This document shows, one piece after another, positions 48,315 through 59,119 of a stretch of DNA of 64,000 nt (position 1 is the stretch's first letter; every line of letters begins with the position of its first letter). This DNA is from Neodothiora populina (taxonomy: Eukaryota): assembly GCF_041146345.1 (NCBI RefSeq), contig NW_027191419.1, positions 62,001 to 126,000 on the forward strand. The letters are read 5' to 3'. The position numbers and the translations under genes are program-made. The notes below the pieces were generated by a model that did not search any database, was not told where the DNA came from, and saw nothing but the letters and a program-made list of their open reading frames with translations.

Positions 48315-51300
48315 ATTTGAGAGTTTCCGATGTCGTCTTTTGGCAATTGTTGTCGTCGTAGAAGCTTAGGAAAAAAAAAGTAGTATGGATTCAGACTACA
48401 CAATCCAAGTGATATTGTAAGGCAAGTCGGTAAGGTACGGAGGCGGTTCACTACGGAGCGTGGGATACTCTACAATTCCCCAAGGACAAAAGACGGCAAG
48501 GGGCGCGATGCGCCCTGGAATCTATCTGACCGCTGGTATGTTATGGCGCAGACTCGACGATGACTGCTTGTCGTATGACGATTAATTCTGAATAGGAAGG
48601 CCGGCAGAAGAAAAGAGGACCTCTGGTCAGAACCTAAAGGGAATCCTGGACTTGGCACACGGCGGCTGTGCTCTGGCTGTGCTCTGGAGGTAGAGGGGGA
48701 CGTGATAAACCTAAGCAAAGAATTGATTACCAAGCCTCAATCGTGCCTAGTGATCTAGCGGTGGGGTTGGTGATGTCGGGTGCTCGAGACGGATGCGGAA
48801 ACGCGCTTCCGAGTCGAGGTTGTGTATATAAGGTAATGGGTCAAGAGATGGGGCCCTGGAGTGAACGGAGAGCAAGGGAGTATGGGGTGAGATGGAAAGT
48901 GCGCTGCAGCAGAAAAAGAGCCATGAGGCAGCACGAGAAAGCTAAGAGGGCAGCAGCAGAGACATGACGGATTATTGCATGGAGAAAGGAGAAAAGCCAA
49001 ATGGAATAATAACGGAATTGAAAATCAAATTTCGACCTTCACTTGTGGCTAGATCCGGAGTGGTTCCAATAACATGTTACCCCCCCGGCTAAGCTTCAGT
49101 GAGGTTTTGTATGAGCGATTTTCCGAGCTGGCTGACGCTTGACTTGACTTGTCCTCGCCTGCTCCGCGTTTGACCAGAAAAACGTCAACGATCTTACCAC
49201 GTCAGAATACCTTACCAACTTTGTTCCAAGGATCCATATTATTGCCAAATTATCGCTAATAATCTTGATGTTTGCGTAAGGCTTGTCGTTGCGATTGACG
49301 CTCCTTTCTTTCCGAAGACACTTCGCCTTGCGGTATAGTCACAGCATCGCTTCATGACCATAATAACAGGACCATTGCCCCTTAAAGGCAAGTAATTGTA
49401 CTGTACCTTTGCCATGTATCTCCTAAGTATTACTACTGTACATGTTAGGCCAGAGAGGAAGAGTGCAAACACAGTACTGCGTCTCCCCTCCACCGAGGCA
49501 TCGGACAACTTTCTTAGATTCCGCAGGGCCATGATCGGGGTAGCGAAGCTGGCCCGCTTTACAATCAACGTCATACAAGTCGCCATCCATGTTCCGCGTC
49601 TTCAAGCCGATCTTTAGACATGAAGGGCAGCTCGACGTGTGGATCTTGTCACGTGTAGCCGCTGAGTAGCTTTTATTCACAACTAATTAATGTCGTTAGT
49701 CGTCGCGAAAGTCAAAGTTCTGTACCGGTTTGCGTTAGGCCTAGGTATCACTGTAAAGCATCTTCTCGACCGTGGCTGCTTGAAATGATCGGGTCTGATT
49801 GAAAGTCGAGTTTGTGGCTATGCATGACCACGGAGTAAGTACGAGTCAAATCGCCCACTAGTCTGTCATATGCCAAAGTGCCTAGCTTTTTTTTCAAATT
49901 TGTCTTATACATAGTCGAATCACACCGCCATGCCCTGTGATCCATAGCAATGATTCGACGTTCTGGGCATCCCGATTCAACGCCGAAGTAGAGCATATGC
50001 GGTGGAAAGGGTCACCTCCGTCGACTGCACGCGACCCGAAGTAGATGCGCGATTCGCGCCACACCAGCGCGAGGGTTTCTCCTCATTCTCGTCCTTTGCC
50101 CACTGCTTTGTTGCGCACTATGCGGATCCGCGCGAGCGCCAGATGTCAAGCTGACACCACAAAACTTTCAGGTTCCCATCGGTGAGTAAGAGGAGGCACG
50201 CTATCGTGTAATCTGCATATAGTAGTTCACCTAGGTAGCTGCGGCCGCCTCCACCAGCCAATGTCTCAGGAAGTACACAGCCGCAAGCCAAGACACAACA
50301 TGATGATTCTATGAACGGTAACAGAGTTCCTCGCTGTCTCACTTGTTACCTCAGCTTCTCGTGGTACCGTTATTGTAGTAAGTTCGCGCCAAGTGACATT
50401 CTTCTCGACATATCTTATCTACAAACGATGATCGATAGGAATTGAGCATGCCGATGAGCCTGTATCGAGGTCATGATCTAGTCGATATTTTTCCTTTACT
50501 TGACATTGACGGTCATCAAGGTTGCGCATACCACAACCGAACTATGACCCCTCAAGTAGCCCATTGCCAGCCCGGGGATCGCCTATATTTGGCCATCTAC
50601 CCCGCGTGGAACTCCAGATCCCCGTGTCGAGATCACAACATGGAGGAAAGGGTGGGATCAATGATCAACCACTTAGTAGTGTTGTAGATCCTCCCTTTAT
50701 CTTCACCATTGTTTTCTGGTACGGCTGGAGCGGTGTAATCGAGATTCGTTCGCTGTCGGCAGCATCTGGAGGGACGGCGTTGGGTGTCGACGACGACCTG
50801 ACATGGACTGTATGAGGTGTCTTACCCCTCCGATGCAGTCACACGGATGATGAGGTGACCTTGATGAGATATCCACTATGCTGCATCAACCTCAAGAAGT
50901 TGTTTTGCTGCAGCATGTGATATTACTGCTTATACAGGGTGAACTGACTCGTTGGGTCATCTCTCCAGTGAAAGCAAGAGCCTGGTAGCATGCGCAAAGA
51001 CGTCCGGACCAAGCCAGATTCAATATTCTTGAGATGGTTGGAACGGTAAATTTCTTCCATTGCTTTCGATCTTCTCTACCCGTGTTCTACGATTCAGACG
51101 TCGTCGAAGAGGCTGTTTATGCAAGATGCACGTAATCTAGCACACGCGGGTTTCAGTCGCATGTCTGCATATGAGCGAACGACGCGTCCAGCCAACCGAT
51201 TGGTCAACACGCTTTCTCGCGGCGAGGGCTCCATTGGTTCAACAAGATATATGATCACCCCACATATGTCCTCGATCGATTGCTATGCTGCAGTGTAACA

Positions 51301-52697
51301 ACCGCGAGACTTTTCGGAGTCTTTCCCCATAGCATGTTTGCGAAGAGCCGAATGGTCCCGTTGTGGGTTCCTCTTGATAATCGTACATCTCTTGCCTCGC
51401 AAAGACTAGCTAGCAGGAGCAAGAGGTTGCGCTTCTTTGCAGACAAATGTGCTTCTGGGTTGTTTCCACTGCCACTGACGTGCGGATATCCTCACAGCAC
51501 TGGTATGTGACCAGCCGAAGAGCAAGAGCAAATGCATGCACGTACGATGATGACCTGTAAATCTCACATGCAACCTCGGGACTGGGTCTGTCGTTTCTGA
51601 TCTGTATGCCAGTCAATCGTCCGCAGGACTTGATCTATCAATGACGATGATGGTGTTTCTGTGCCTCGTTCAGCCTCATACTTGTATGCACAAATTCCTC
51701 GGAAGGAAGCAAGGGACGCAGATAGCTGCATCAGACTATCTCCTTGGGAGCTCGACTGTCGTAAGGCCACATCACATAATTGCATTCTTTGTTACGGAAG
51801 CACTCTGATGGCAAGCGAAGCTGTAGGTGCATATTCACATGTTCTTCATTGAACACAAAATGGGCGGTCTACTACTTGGTCATGGAACCGAAAGTCGAGT
51901 ATTTCAGAAATTCCTTTGACATAGAAAAGACTCGACGGCAGTATATCAAACATGTTAGGCGTTCATAGTAAAGACACTCAACGAGTACTTGGTGATTACA
52001 ACGAAGATAGGTACTGTACCCAGATATGCTCTCCACGTCTCGTAAGTAATCGTATACATGATGAACACAATGAGTCTAATACTCAGTGGGGATATAGTGC
52101 ACAGGTGAAGCTACTAATGCACATCCTTTCCTTATCCCTCACCATCACACTTTTGGTCCTAGATATATAGCCCTTTGATACCTTTGCAGACCTCCGAAGC
52201 ATGACACGCAACAGAACAGAAAAAACAGAATCAGGTTATGAGAAAGACATGTCTGGTGGATACCTACCTACTTTGGATGATCAGACAACCACGTGACGTC
52301 ATGATGTCCGTACAGTGTCGAGTTCTGGTAAAGGGTCGATTAGTAGTAGTGGTCATGATATTATTGGCACAAAGTACCTAAAGTGAGGTATGAATAGAAG
52401 GTATCTAAACAGACGACGATATCAAGCTACCTGCGATAGATGGCTACCGTCTTGGATAATCTTCATAACATATAATTGAGAATCGGGGATAATCCAGACT
52501 CATCGAACATCTCTGAGAGCACCTCCAATAAAGACGAGCATTCTTGATCCTCCATAGGGTCCACACGAACAGTCCAAAGGATAACAACATCGACCATCTA
52601 TCCTCAACCAAACCCCAACCAAAACAACCGAACTCCAAACTTCTCAACCAACACACAACAACAACAAGAAGAAGAAGGAACAAGTCAGAAGAAGAAA

Positions 52698-53225
52698 ATG
52701 TCCAAAACGCTCCTCCGCGCCTTCGCCCTAGAAGCCCTCGCAAACACCTTCACCCTGCCCCTGCTCATCTCCCCCCGCTCAATCCTGCCCTACCTGGTCT
52801 CCGACCCCTCGACCATCAACCCCCTCACCATCCTCCTAGCCCGCCTCTTCGCCGGAGTAGTCATAGGCGCCCTGACGCCGCCTCTGCTCCTCGGTCTCCG
52901 AGACGACGAGGGCGGACGCAGAAAGGACGTCATCGAGGGGCGACGCATCGCGTATGTGCTGCTCGGGCTGGGCGAGGTCTTGTTGATTCCTGTGCTTGTG
53001 GGGCATGCTTTGGAGGTTTCGTCGTCGTCGTCGTCGGGGGGGTCGGTGAGTGGGATGGGGAAAGAAGGGTTGATGGGGATGGGAGAGCAGGGTGGGTTCA
53101 CGCCGTTCGTGGCGTGGAATGCTGTGGCGTCGTTGGTTCCGCCGTTGGCTTGGAGGGTTTGGGTCTTGTGGTTTAGACCTGAGATGTTGAGCGGTGGTGG
53201 TCAAGCGGGAAGCAAGAGGGACTGA
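52698..53225 (+). CDS. Hypothetical 175-aa integral membrane protein
   Basis: ATG in AAAATG context after an A/C-rich leader. Three to four hydrophobic helices and strong codon bias. No family recognised. Confidence 0.75.
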   Translation: MSKTLLRAFALEALANTFTLPLLISPRSILPYLVSDPSTINPLTILLARLFAGVVIGALTPPLLLGLRDDEGGRRKDVIEGRRIAYVLLGLGEVLLIPVLVGHALEVSSSSSSGGSVSGMGKEGLMGMGEQGGFTPFVAWNAVASLVPPLAWRVWVLWFRPEMLSGGGQAGSKRD

Positions 53226-53624
53226 GCTTGAGCTTGAGCTTTCATTGGGGGTTGAGAGGTATCTAGTGCGAGGAAAGGGAGGGTTATAGCGAGGGCTTTC
53301 TCGGCTTGTAGAGAGCTATGAATGCTTATGCGATGGTGTTGATAGTGAATTCGAGTCTGGGCCCAAAAGTATGATAGTCAGTAACAACATGTCAATTCCA
53401 ATTGCTACGCCAGTGATGTGAGAATCTCACTTTGTCTCATCATCACAGGAGAACAGCAAGGAGGCAGATGAAACGTGAAACGCCATCCCTGATGTGAACA
53501 TGAGGGACATGATAAAGAAAAAAGCTCTGATTTGCTTGTTTTGATATAGAAAAGCGCGGAACCCCGCGACAAACAAGTCTGAATGGCAAACATTTACGTC
53601 TTCGTTTTGCATTCACAAGTAAAA

Positions 53625-55202
53625 CTACGCCAACCGCGGCGCGTTGCCGTTCGGCTGGTGCTTGTGCGCCACGACCTCGTCTTCGTCGTCCGTCATGAGT
53701 CCATCGAGCTCAAACTCCTCTGCGTCTCTGATGGCCGCGTCTTGCTGGCTGGGCATCTGTGAGTGATGGCCGCCGTTCACCGGTCGGCCGTTTGATGCGT
53801 GGCCGTTCAGCTGCGAGTACTCTGGGTCGACGGGCTTGCTGTTGGCGTCCGAGTCGGCATAGTAGGTGTAGAGGCGGAGAAGCATGTTGACGACTGTATT
53901 GAATTCGCGATTAGTGGTTGTTGTGCGGGGGATCAAGGACAGAAAGGAAGATACTCACGCAGGAACAGGAGAAAGGCAATAGAGTAGAGAATCAGAATGT
54001 AAGCGACGTGAGTGACGCCGGCATCGCTCAACAACTGCATCTGCTCCTCGGTGGCGCCCATGAACAAGAATCCAGAGGCGTAGAGCAAAAAGGGGGCGAT
54101 GAACTGGAAACTGTTTTGCTCCTCGCCGTCTTCAGTGATGGAAATCCTGTCGCTCAGAATAAAGCTGACTTCGATGATCCTGGCCAGACCGGCAGCCATC
54201 AGAGTATAGCCGAAAATGGTGTGGACCATGGTGCTCAGAGGAAGAGCCTGAGGATGTCCAGACATGGCCCATCCGGTGAGCAAGATGACGAAACCGGGAA
54301 TGAAGTTGCGCTTGGGGCGACCGTGCTTGTCTCTGCTCAGCCAAACTCCAGCAAGACCGGCGCACCACCAGATGATACCCATGCTCGTGTGTTGAAGATC
54401 GTTGTGGACCCAGGGGCCGCCCCAGCGGTGCTCGGTGAAGGTGTTGACGCAACCCCAGGCGGCGATGACTACGGAATCAAAGAACTCCTGCGAGCGGCCG
54501 GTGCGCCTGATCCAGAGCTGACCGACGAGCAGGGCGATGGTGAGAAGGATTCCATATGCGATGAAAGCAGATCCCATGATGAAATGAGCCAGACATTGGC
54601 CCGTGTGATCGCCTTCTCCCCTGCAGAAGCCGAGACTGACGATTCCTCCGAACAGCATCTGCACCCAGGCAGCGACGGGCATAGCCTTGCCCAGCACTCC
54701 GTGGACAACAACCAGAACATTCCTGATCTTGCCCATGAAGCCGCGCGCGATGTGCAGCTTCAGGTAGACTCCCAGGCCGATCTGGGCAATGAGCATGAGC
54801 ATAAGCCAGGTGGCAAACGAGGCGTGGGCATTCGGATGGGCGAACTGGCGACCCTTGTGGGCGTGACCGAGAAAGTAACCAACAACAGCCAGCACGGTAC
54901 CGAAGATCTGCACAGGCACGTGGAGTCGACTACGCACTATTCCCAGCACCATTCCAGCGGGAAAGACGATGCCCCAGGCGACCATCTGGATGAGGATGTG
55001 GATCCATAATATCGAGTCCTGGAGACAAAGTGTCAGCACCAGCCGAGACTCCGAAGGGGGAAGGAGCGGCGAATCAACCTACTATCGGCTCTGCAGAGAT
55101 GGCGGACCCCTCAGGGATGGTCTCTGGATGATGTCCATGTGCCCGCGCAGTCGTGGCGAGGACCGCTAATGTGGAGAGACATGACAGTGATCGGGTAGCC
55201 AT
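53625..55202 (-). CDS. YTP1: Ytp1-like multi-pass membrane protein (cytochrome b561-like His-rich N-domain); exons 55202-55083, 55018-53959, 53893-53625
   Basis: Signal peptide, DSILWIHILIQ...FPAGMVLG, LGHAHKGRQF, GQCLAHFIMGSAFIAYG, NTFTEHRWG, HNDLQHTSMGIIWW, FMGATEEQ. Introns 55019-55082 and 53894-53958. Confidence 0.88.
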
Positions 55203-55303
55203 GGTCGTGGATGATGAGGCGGAGATGAAGAAGAGGGAGGAGGCGGCGGCGGAGAAGGCGGAAGCGATTGTTTTTGGCAAACTCACTCTTCCCATACAAG
55301 ATC

Positions 55304-55311
55304 TTATATAA
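55304..55311 (-). promoter_or_regulatory. Putative TATA box (TTATATAA) about 100 bp upstream of the YTP1 ATG
   Basis: Motif and spacing only. Confidence 0.45.
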
Positions 55312-55506
55312 GCCCCGTCCAGACGATATCGTGTCATATATCTATATCTTCTTGCACTCAGAGACAGGACAGCGCGATCATCGTCAGACTGTTCTTGCGA
55401 CAATCACAGCAACAATAACAAGATAATAATCTCGGCCTCATGAATAATGTACAGCATGGCAGAGGGCAGATATCAGGAGACGGCGACTTCCCCATCTGCC
55501 AACGAA

Positions 55507-55555
55507 TCGCGTCGCGTACAATTAATCAGACGACTGCCACGCCGGCTGGGCGCGT
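55507..55555. promoter_or_regulatory. Cluster of MCB-like (ACGCG) elements upstream of SWI5/SAE3
   Basis: TCGCGTCGCGT at 55507-55517 and CGCGT at 55551-55555. MCB sites are typical of fungal DNA repair and S-phase genes. Confidence 0.5.
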
Positions 55556-55858
55556 GACTCGCAACATCTATGATCGGTACGAAGATACATAGATCCAAAA
55601 CACACAGACCCAGACCTGAAACCATCTCATTGATTCATCTTATCTCCCGCATCTTATCTGGCACAATCTAATCTCTACCTGGAATCAACACCACCGCTTT
55701 GTCTCGTCTTCTTCGTCTTCTTCTCCTTCCTCTTCCGCTCTGCTTCTGCCATCCATCAGACAGCTGAAGCCACCGATAAACACCCGTTCATCCCAACACC
55801 TGGATACTCACGGCGGCTACAATGTGACACCACATACCACACTACGCAAGCAAGATCA

Positions 55859-56320
55859 ATGACCTCACCGTCGGCATCTTCAACCACCACTGCGCAGCCA
55901 CACGATGATAAAACCAACGACGACGATGGCCATGACCCTCGTACGGTTCGCCTCAGAGCCCTGCGCGCGCGTCGACATGTCCTCTCCACCAACCTCGAGA
56001 GTCTGACCGTCGAAAGAGATGGCTTGGTCTCTGATGTACTCGATACGACGACGAAAAAGCATGATGATGATGACCATGACGATAATTGCGGCACCGCACC
56101 CCCCATCTCCTCCTCTCCTCCTCCTCGTTCCTCCCCCGACGTCCGGGCGGCGATAGCGGTCGAGCTCGCGAGCAACAGGATCAAAGCCTACGTCCAGCAG
56201 CTACAGCAGTACAACGACGTCAAAGACATAGCCGAGCAACTCATGGGCATGATTGCCGAAAAGAGAGGTGTCAGGATCGTCGAGGTGCAGCGCGAGTTTG
56301 GAGTCGGAGGCGGAGATTGA
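55859..56320 (+). CDS. SWI5: DNA repair/recombination mediator Swi5/Sae3
   Basis: C-terminal Swi5 domain RIKAYVQQLQQYNDVKDIAEQLMGMIAEKRGVRIVEVQREFGV (S. pombe Swi5 / S. cerevisiae Sae3 family). Confidence 0.88.
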   Translation: MTSPSASSTTTAQPHDDKTNDDDGHDPRTVRLRALRARRHVLSTNLESLTVERDGLVSDVLDTTTKKHDDDDHDDNCGTAPPISSSPPPRSSPDVRAAIAVELASNRIKAYVQQLQQYNDVKDIAEQLMGMIAEKRGVRIVEVQREFGVGGGD

Positions 56321-56480
56321 GCCCGGAACATAAACACAAGCTGAGAATCAAATCGGACGGAGAAAGATTCAGAACAGACGAGTAACGGTAGAACTAGATC
56401 TATCCATCTTACCCACTGCCTATCTCCCTCGCTCAGCACCCGTGAAGCCATGAATCATTGCCTGCGTTCCAACTACAGAA

Positions 56481-58101
56481 TCAGAGCTTGCTCTTGCCCT
56501 GGGCCACCCGGTTCAGCTGCAACACATCCCTCGGCGTGAGCCCGTACTTCTTGGCCAGCTCCTTGCTCTTGGCCTTCTGCCATTCCGTCCTGTCCAGCAA
56601 GAACTGGCCCCTCTTGTTCTCGTTTCTTCCTAGCTGAAGCAGGTGCACCTCGTCGGGGCCGTCGACGATGCGCATCGTCCGCCCCTGAGCGTACATGTTC
56701 GCCAACGGCGTGTCCTGGCTGACTCCCGCACCACCATATGCCTGAATCGCTCGGTCGATGACCGTCAGCGCCATGGTCGGCACGAGCACCTTGGCCTCGG
56801 CAATCTCTTTGAGTGCAAATTTGGCGTCTTTGGCGTCAATGGTGATGGCTGCGTTGAGCACCGCGAGGCGAGCGGCGTCGATCTCCACTCTCGACTTTGC
56901 TACTCGCTCGAGCATGACACCGTGCTCGTGAAGCATCTTGCCGAATGCCGTCTTGCGTGGGTCGTTCAGACGAGCAAGGAACAGCTCGAGCGCCTTCTCT
57001 GCCGCGCCTATGCTTCTCATGGCGTGGTGGATGCGCCCCGGTCCGAGTCGGCCCTGGATGATCTCGAAGCCTTTGCCTTCTCCCAGAACCATGTTCTCCA
57101 CCGGCACTCGCACATTGTCGAACGAGATGTGCCCGTGGCCGTGAGGCGCGTCGTCGTACCCGAATACTCCGAGCATGCGGTGGATCGTAATTCCAGGTGT
57201 GTCTGCGGGAACCAGAACGACGGATTGCTGTCTGTACGGGTCTGCGTTGCTCGGGTCGGATTTGCCCATGGTGATGTAGATCTGGCATCGCCGATCGCCG
57301 GCACCGGAGGACCACCATTTCTGTAGGACCAGAAACAGTCAGCGATCAATGTAACATACTTTTCGGAAAAAAGCAGGCACTTGACTCACCGATCCATTCA
57401 AGACGTATTCATTTCCCTCCTTGCTGATGTTCAAGATGATGTTGGTTGCATCGCTTGACGCAACGTCTGGCTCGGTCATGAGAAATGCCGATCGGATGTG
57501 ACCCTCAAGCAGAGGCTTTAACCATCTGTCCTTCTGCGCCTGGTTTCCATACTTTGCCAGAACCTCCATGTTACCGGTATCAGGAGCTGCACAATTGCAC
57601 GCCTTGACAGGGTCAGTATACAGTCCCAACATATCGTCACTAGTAGATCATAAATACCTCGCTGGCGGTCCTGCTCTTGCCGAGATACTCAGCCATCAGT
57701 CCATACTCCAAGTTGCTGAAACCGGCTCCTTCCTTGAAATGGTTCTTAGGCAGGAACATGTTCCAGAGACCCAATTCCTTGGCCCGCTTCTTCAGGTCCT
57801 CAATTATCGGAGGGTGAGCATTGAAGCGCTTCTCTGTGCCCTCGCCGAGCTGCTGCTCAAAGACAGCATCTGCAGGGATACATTCTTCCTCGACGAACTT
57901 CTCGACCTGCAACGACGGTGAGCCGACAGTGACGAATCGCATAAATCTCAACTAGCAATGTCTTACGATGTCGATGGTCTTTAGCGCTCGCTCGCTCACA
58001 TGTATCTTCGCAATCAGAGGGATCTTTTCTGACGCCTTTGGCTGAGGAGCAGAATCAACCATGAGGTTCTGCGAGAAGTCGTTCTTCTTTTGCTGTGACA
58101 T
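56481..58101 (-). CDS. Peroxisomal acyl-CoA dehydrogenase (ACAD10/11-type ACAD domain); exons 58101-57967, 57906-57658, 57602-57390, 57320-56481
   Basis: [85 protein letters not shown]-terminal SKL (PTS1). Confidence 0.95.
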
Positions 58102-58240
58102 GGTATCGGTGCGAATGGTACAATAGATATGAACAGCAAAGCGAATGCCGGATCAAGGAGGACGGAATGGATAGAGAAGCTCAGCAACAAACGATGGCAA
58201 TTCCGTTATAACCAGCATCAATGATCCTTTGAAAGATAGA

Positions 58241-58386
58241 CCGAGGTCCCTTGCGAGTATGGAACGCCTTTACTCCACCAACCTGAGGTAAGCTTCTGCT
58301 CTCACCCTCCTCAAGCTTTCAATGGCCGCCGCCCCCCTCGGTCTCTTTTATCCAGCTTTCTGGGGTAGAAGTGTGGGGAACCGAGG
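58241..58386. promoter_or_regulatory. Three FarA/FarB (Ctf1)-type CCTCGG sites plus two CreA-type SYGGRG sites
   Basis: CCGAGG 58241-58246, CCTCGG 58336-58341, CCGAGG 58381-58386; CTGGGG 58360-58365 and GTGGGG 58373-58378. They lie 140-285 bp upstream of a beta-oxidation gene. Confidence 0.65.
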
Positions 58387-59119
58387 CACGCGAAACAAGC
58401 CCGCACCCGTCACCTTTTTGCTCTTTATCGCCGCGGCATATAGCCGGTCAAACGTTGATCCTAATTCGACTCTACCTGCAGCTCTGCGCAATCTCGCGAC
58501 GGCTTGCTCTCCTCGTGTGTAAGAGAACGGGAAGCTGAATCAAGTAGTGTAGTGTGAGGGAGGTGGCTGCGACCTGTAGGATCGAGTACAGCTCACAGCA
58601 GGTAGGATACCGCAGCTTCAACGGCGAATGAATGCAACGCTGGACGCCCTGCATCATATGGTAGATCTTCTTTTCTCGAGATCATGTGTCGTACAAGTAC
58701 TTGGGCTGCTGGCTGCGGGTCGCCTCACGATGGCCCCAATAACAGTCCAGGTCATCCCCTCGAACAACAGGATTCTGCCAGGCAAGTAATCGTGGCTATA
58801 GCCATACAGGAAGTCCATAGGCAGCCAGTAGACAACGGCACGACGTCGTCATCATATAAGAACCACTTTCCCAGTAGTGGGACCGCAGTGTCGTACGCCT
58901 TGATGATTGGCGCTGGGTAGCGGTGAAGCCCAGATCAGGCAGTGCCTTCACAGCCTCCGCCTGAGTTTCAGATCATGCACATATTTCATGCACCTATCCT
59001 TGCAATAACGCCATTGCATACAAAACCCCACAAGCTGCCTCCAACATGGGGGCAGAGCCATTTTCTACCCCGATGTTCACTTCTCATTTACCGACCTTAG
59101 TCGCTGCCGGCATTGGAAC

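Noticed and set aside
53918..55009. 363-aa + strand ORF
   Set aside because: Antisense shadow of YTP1.
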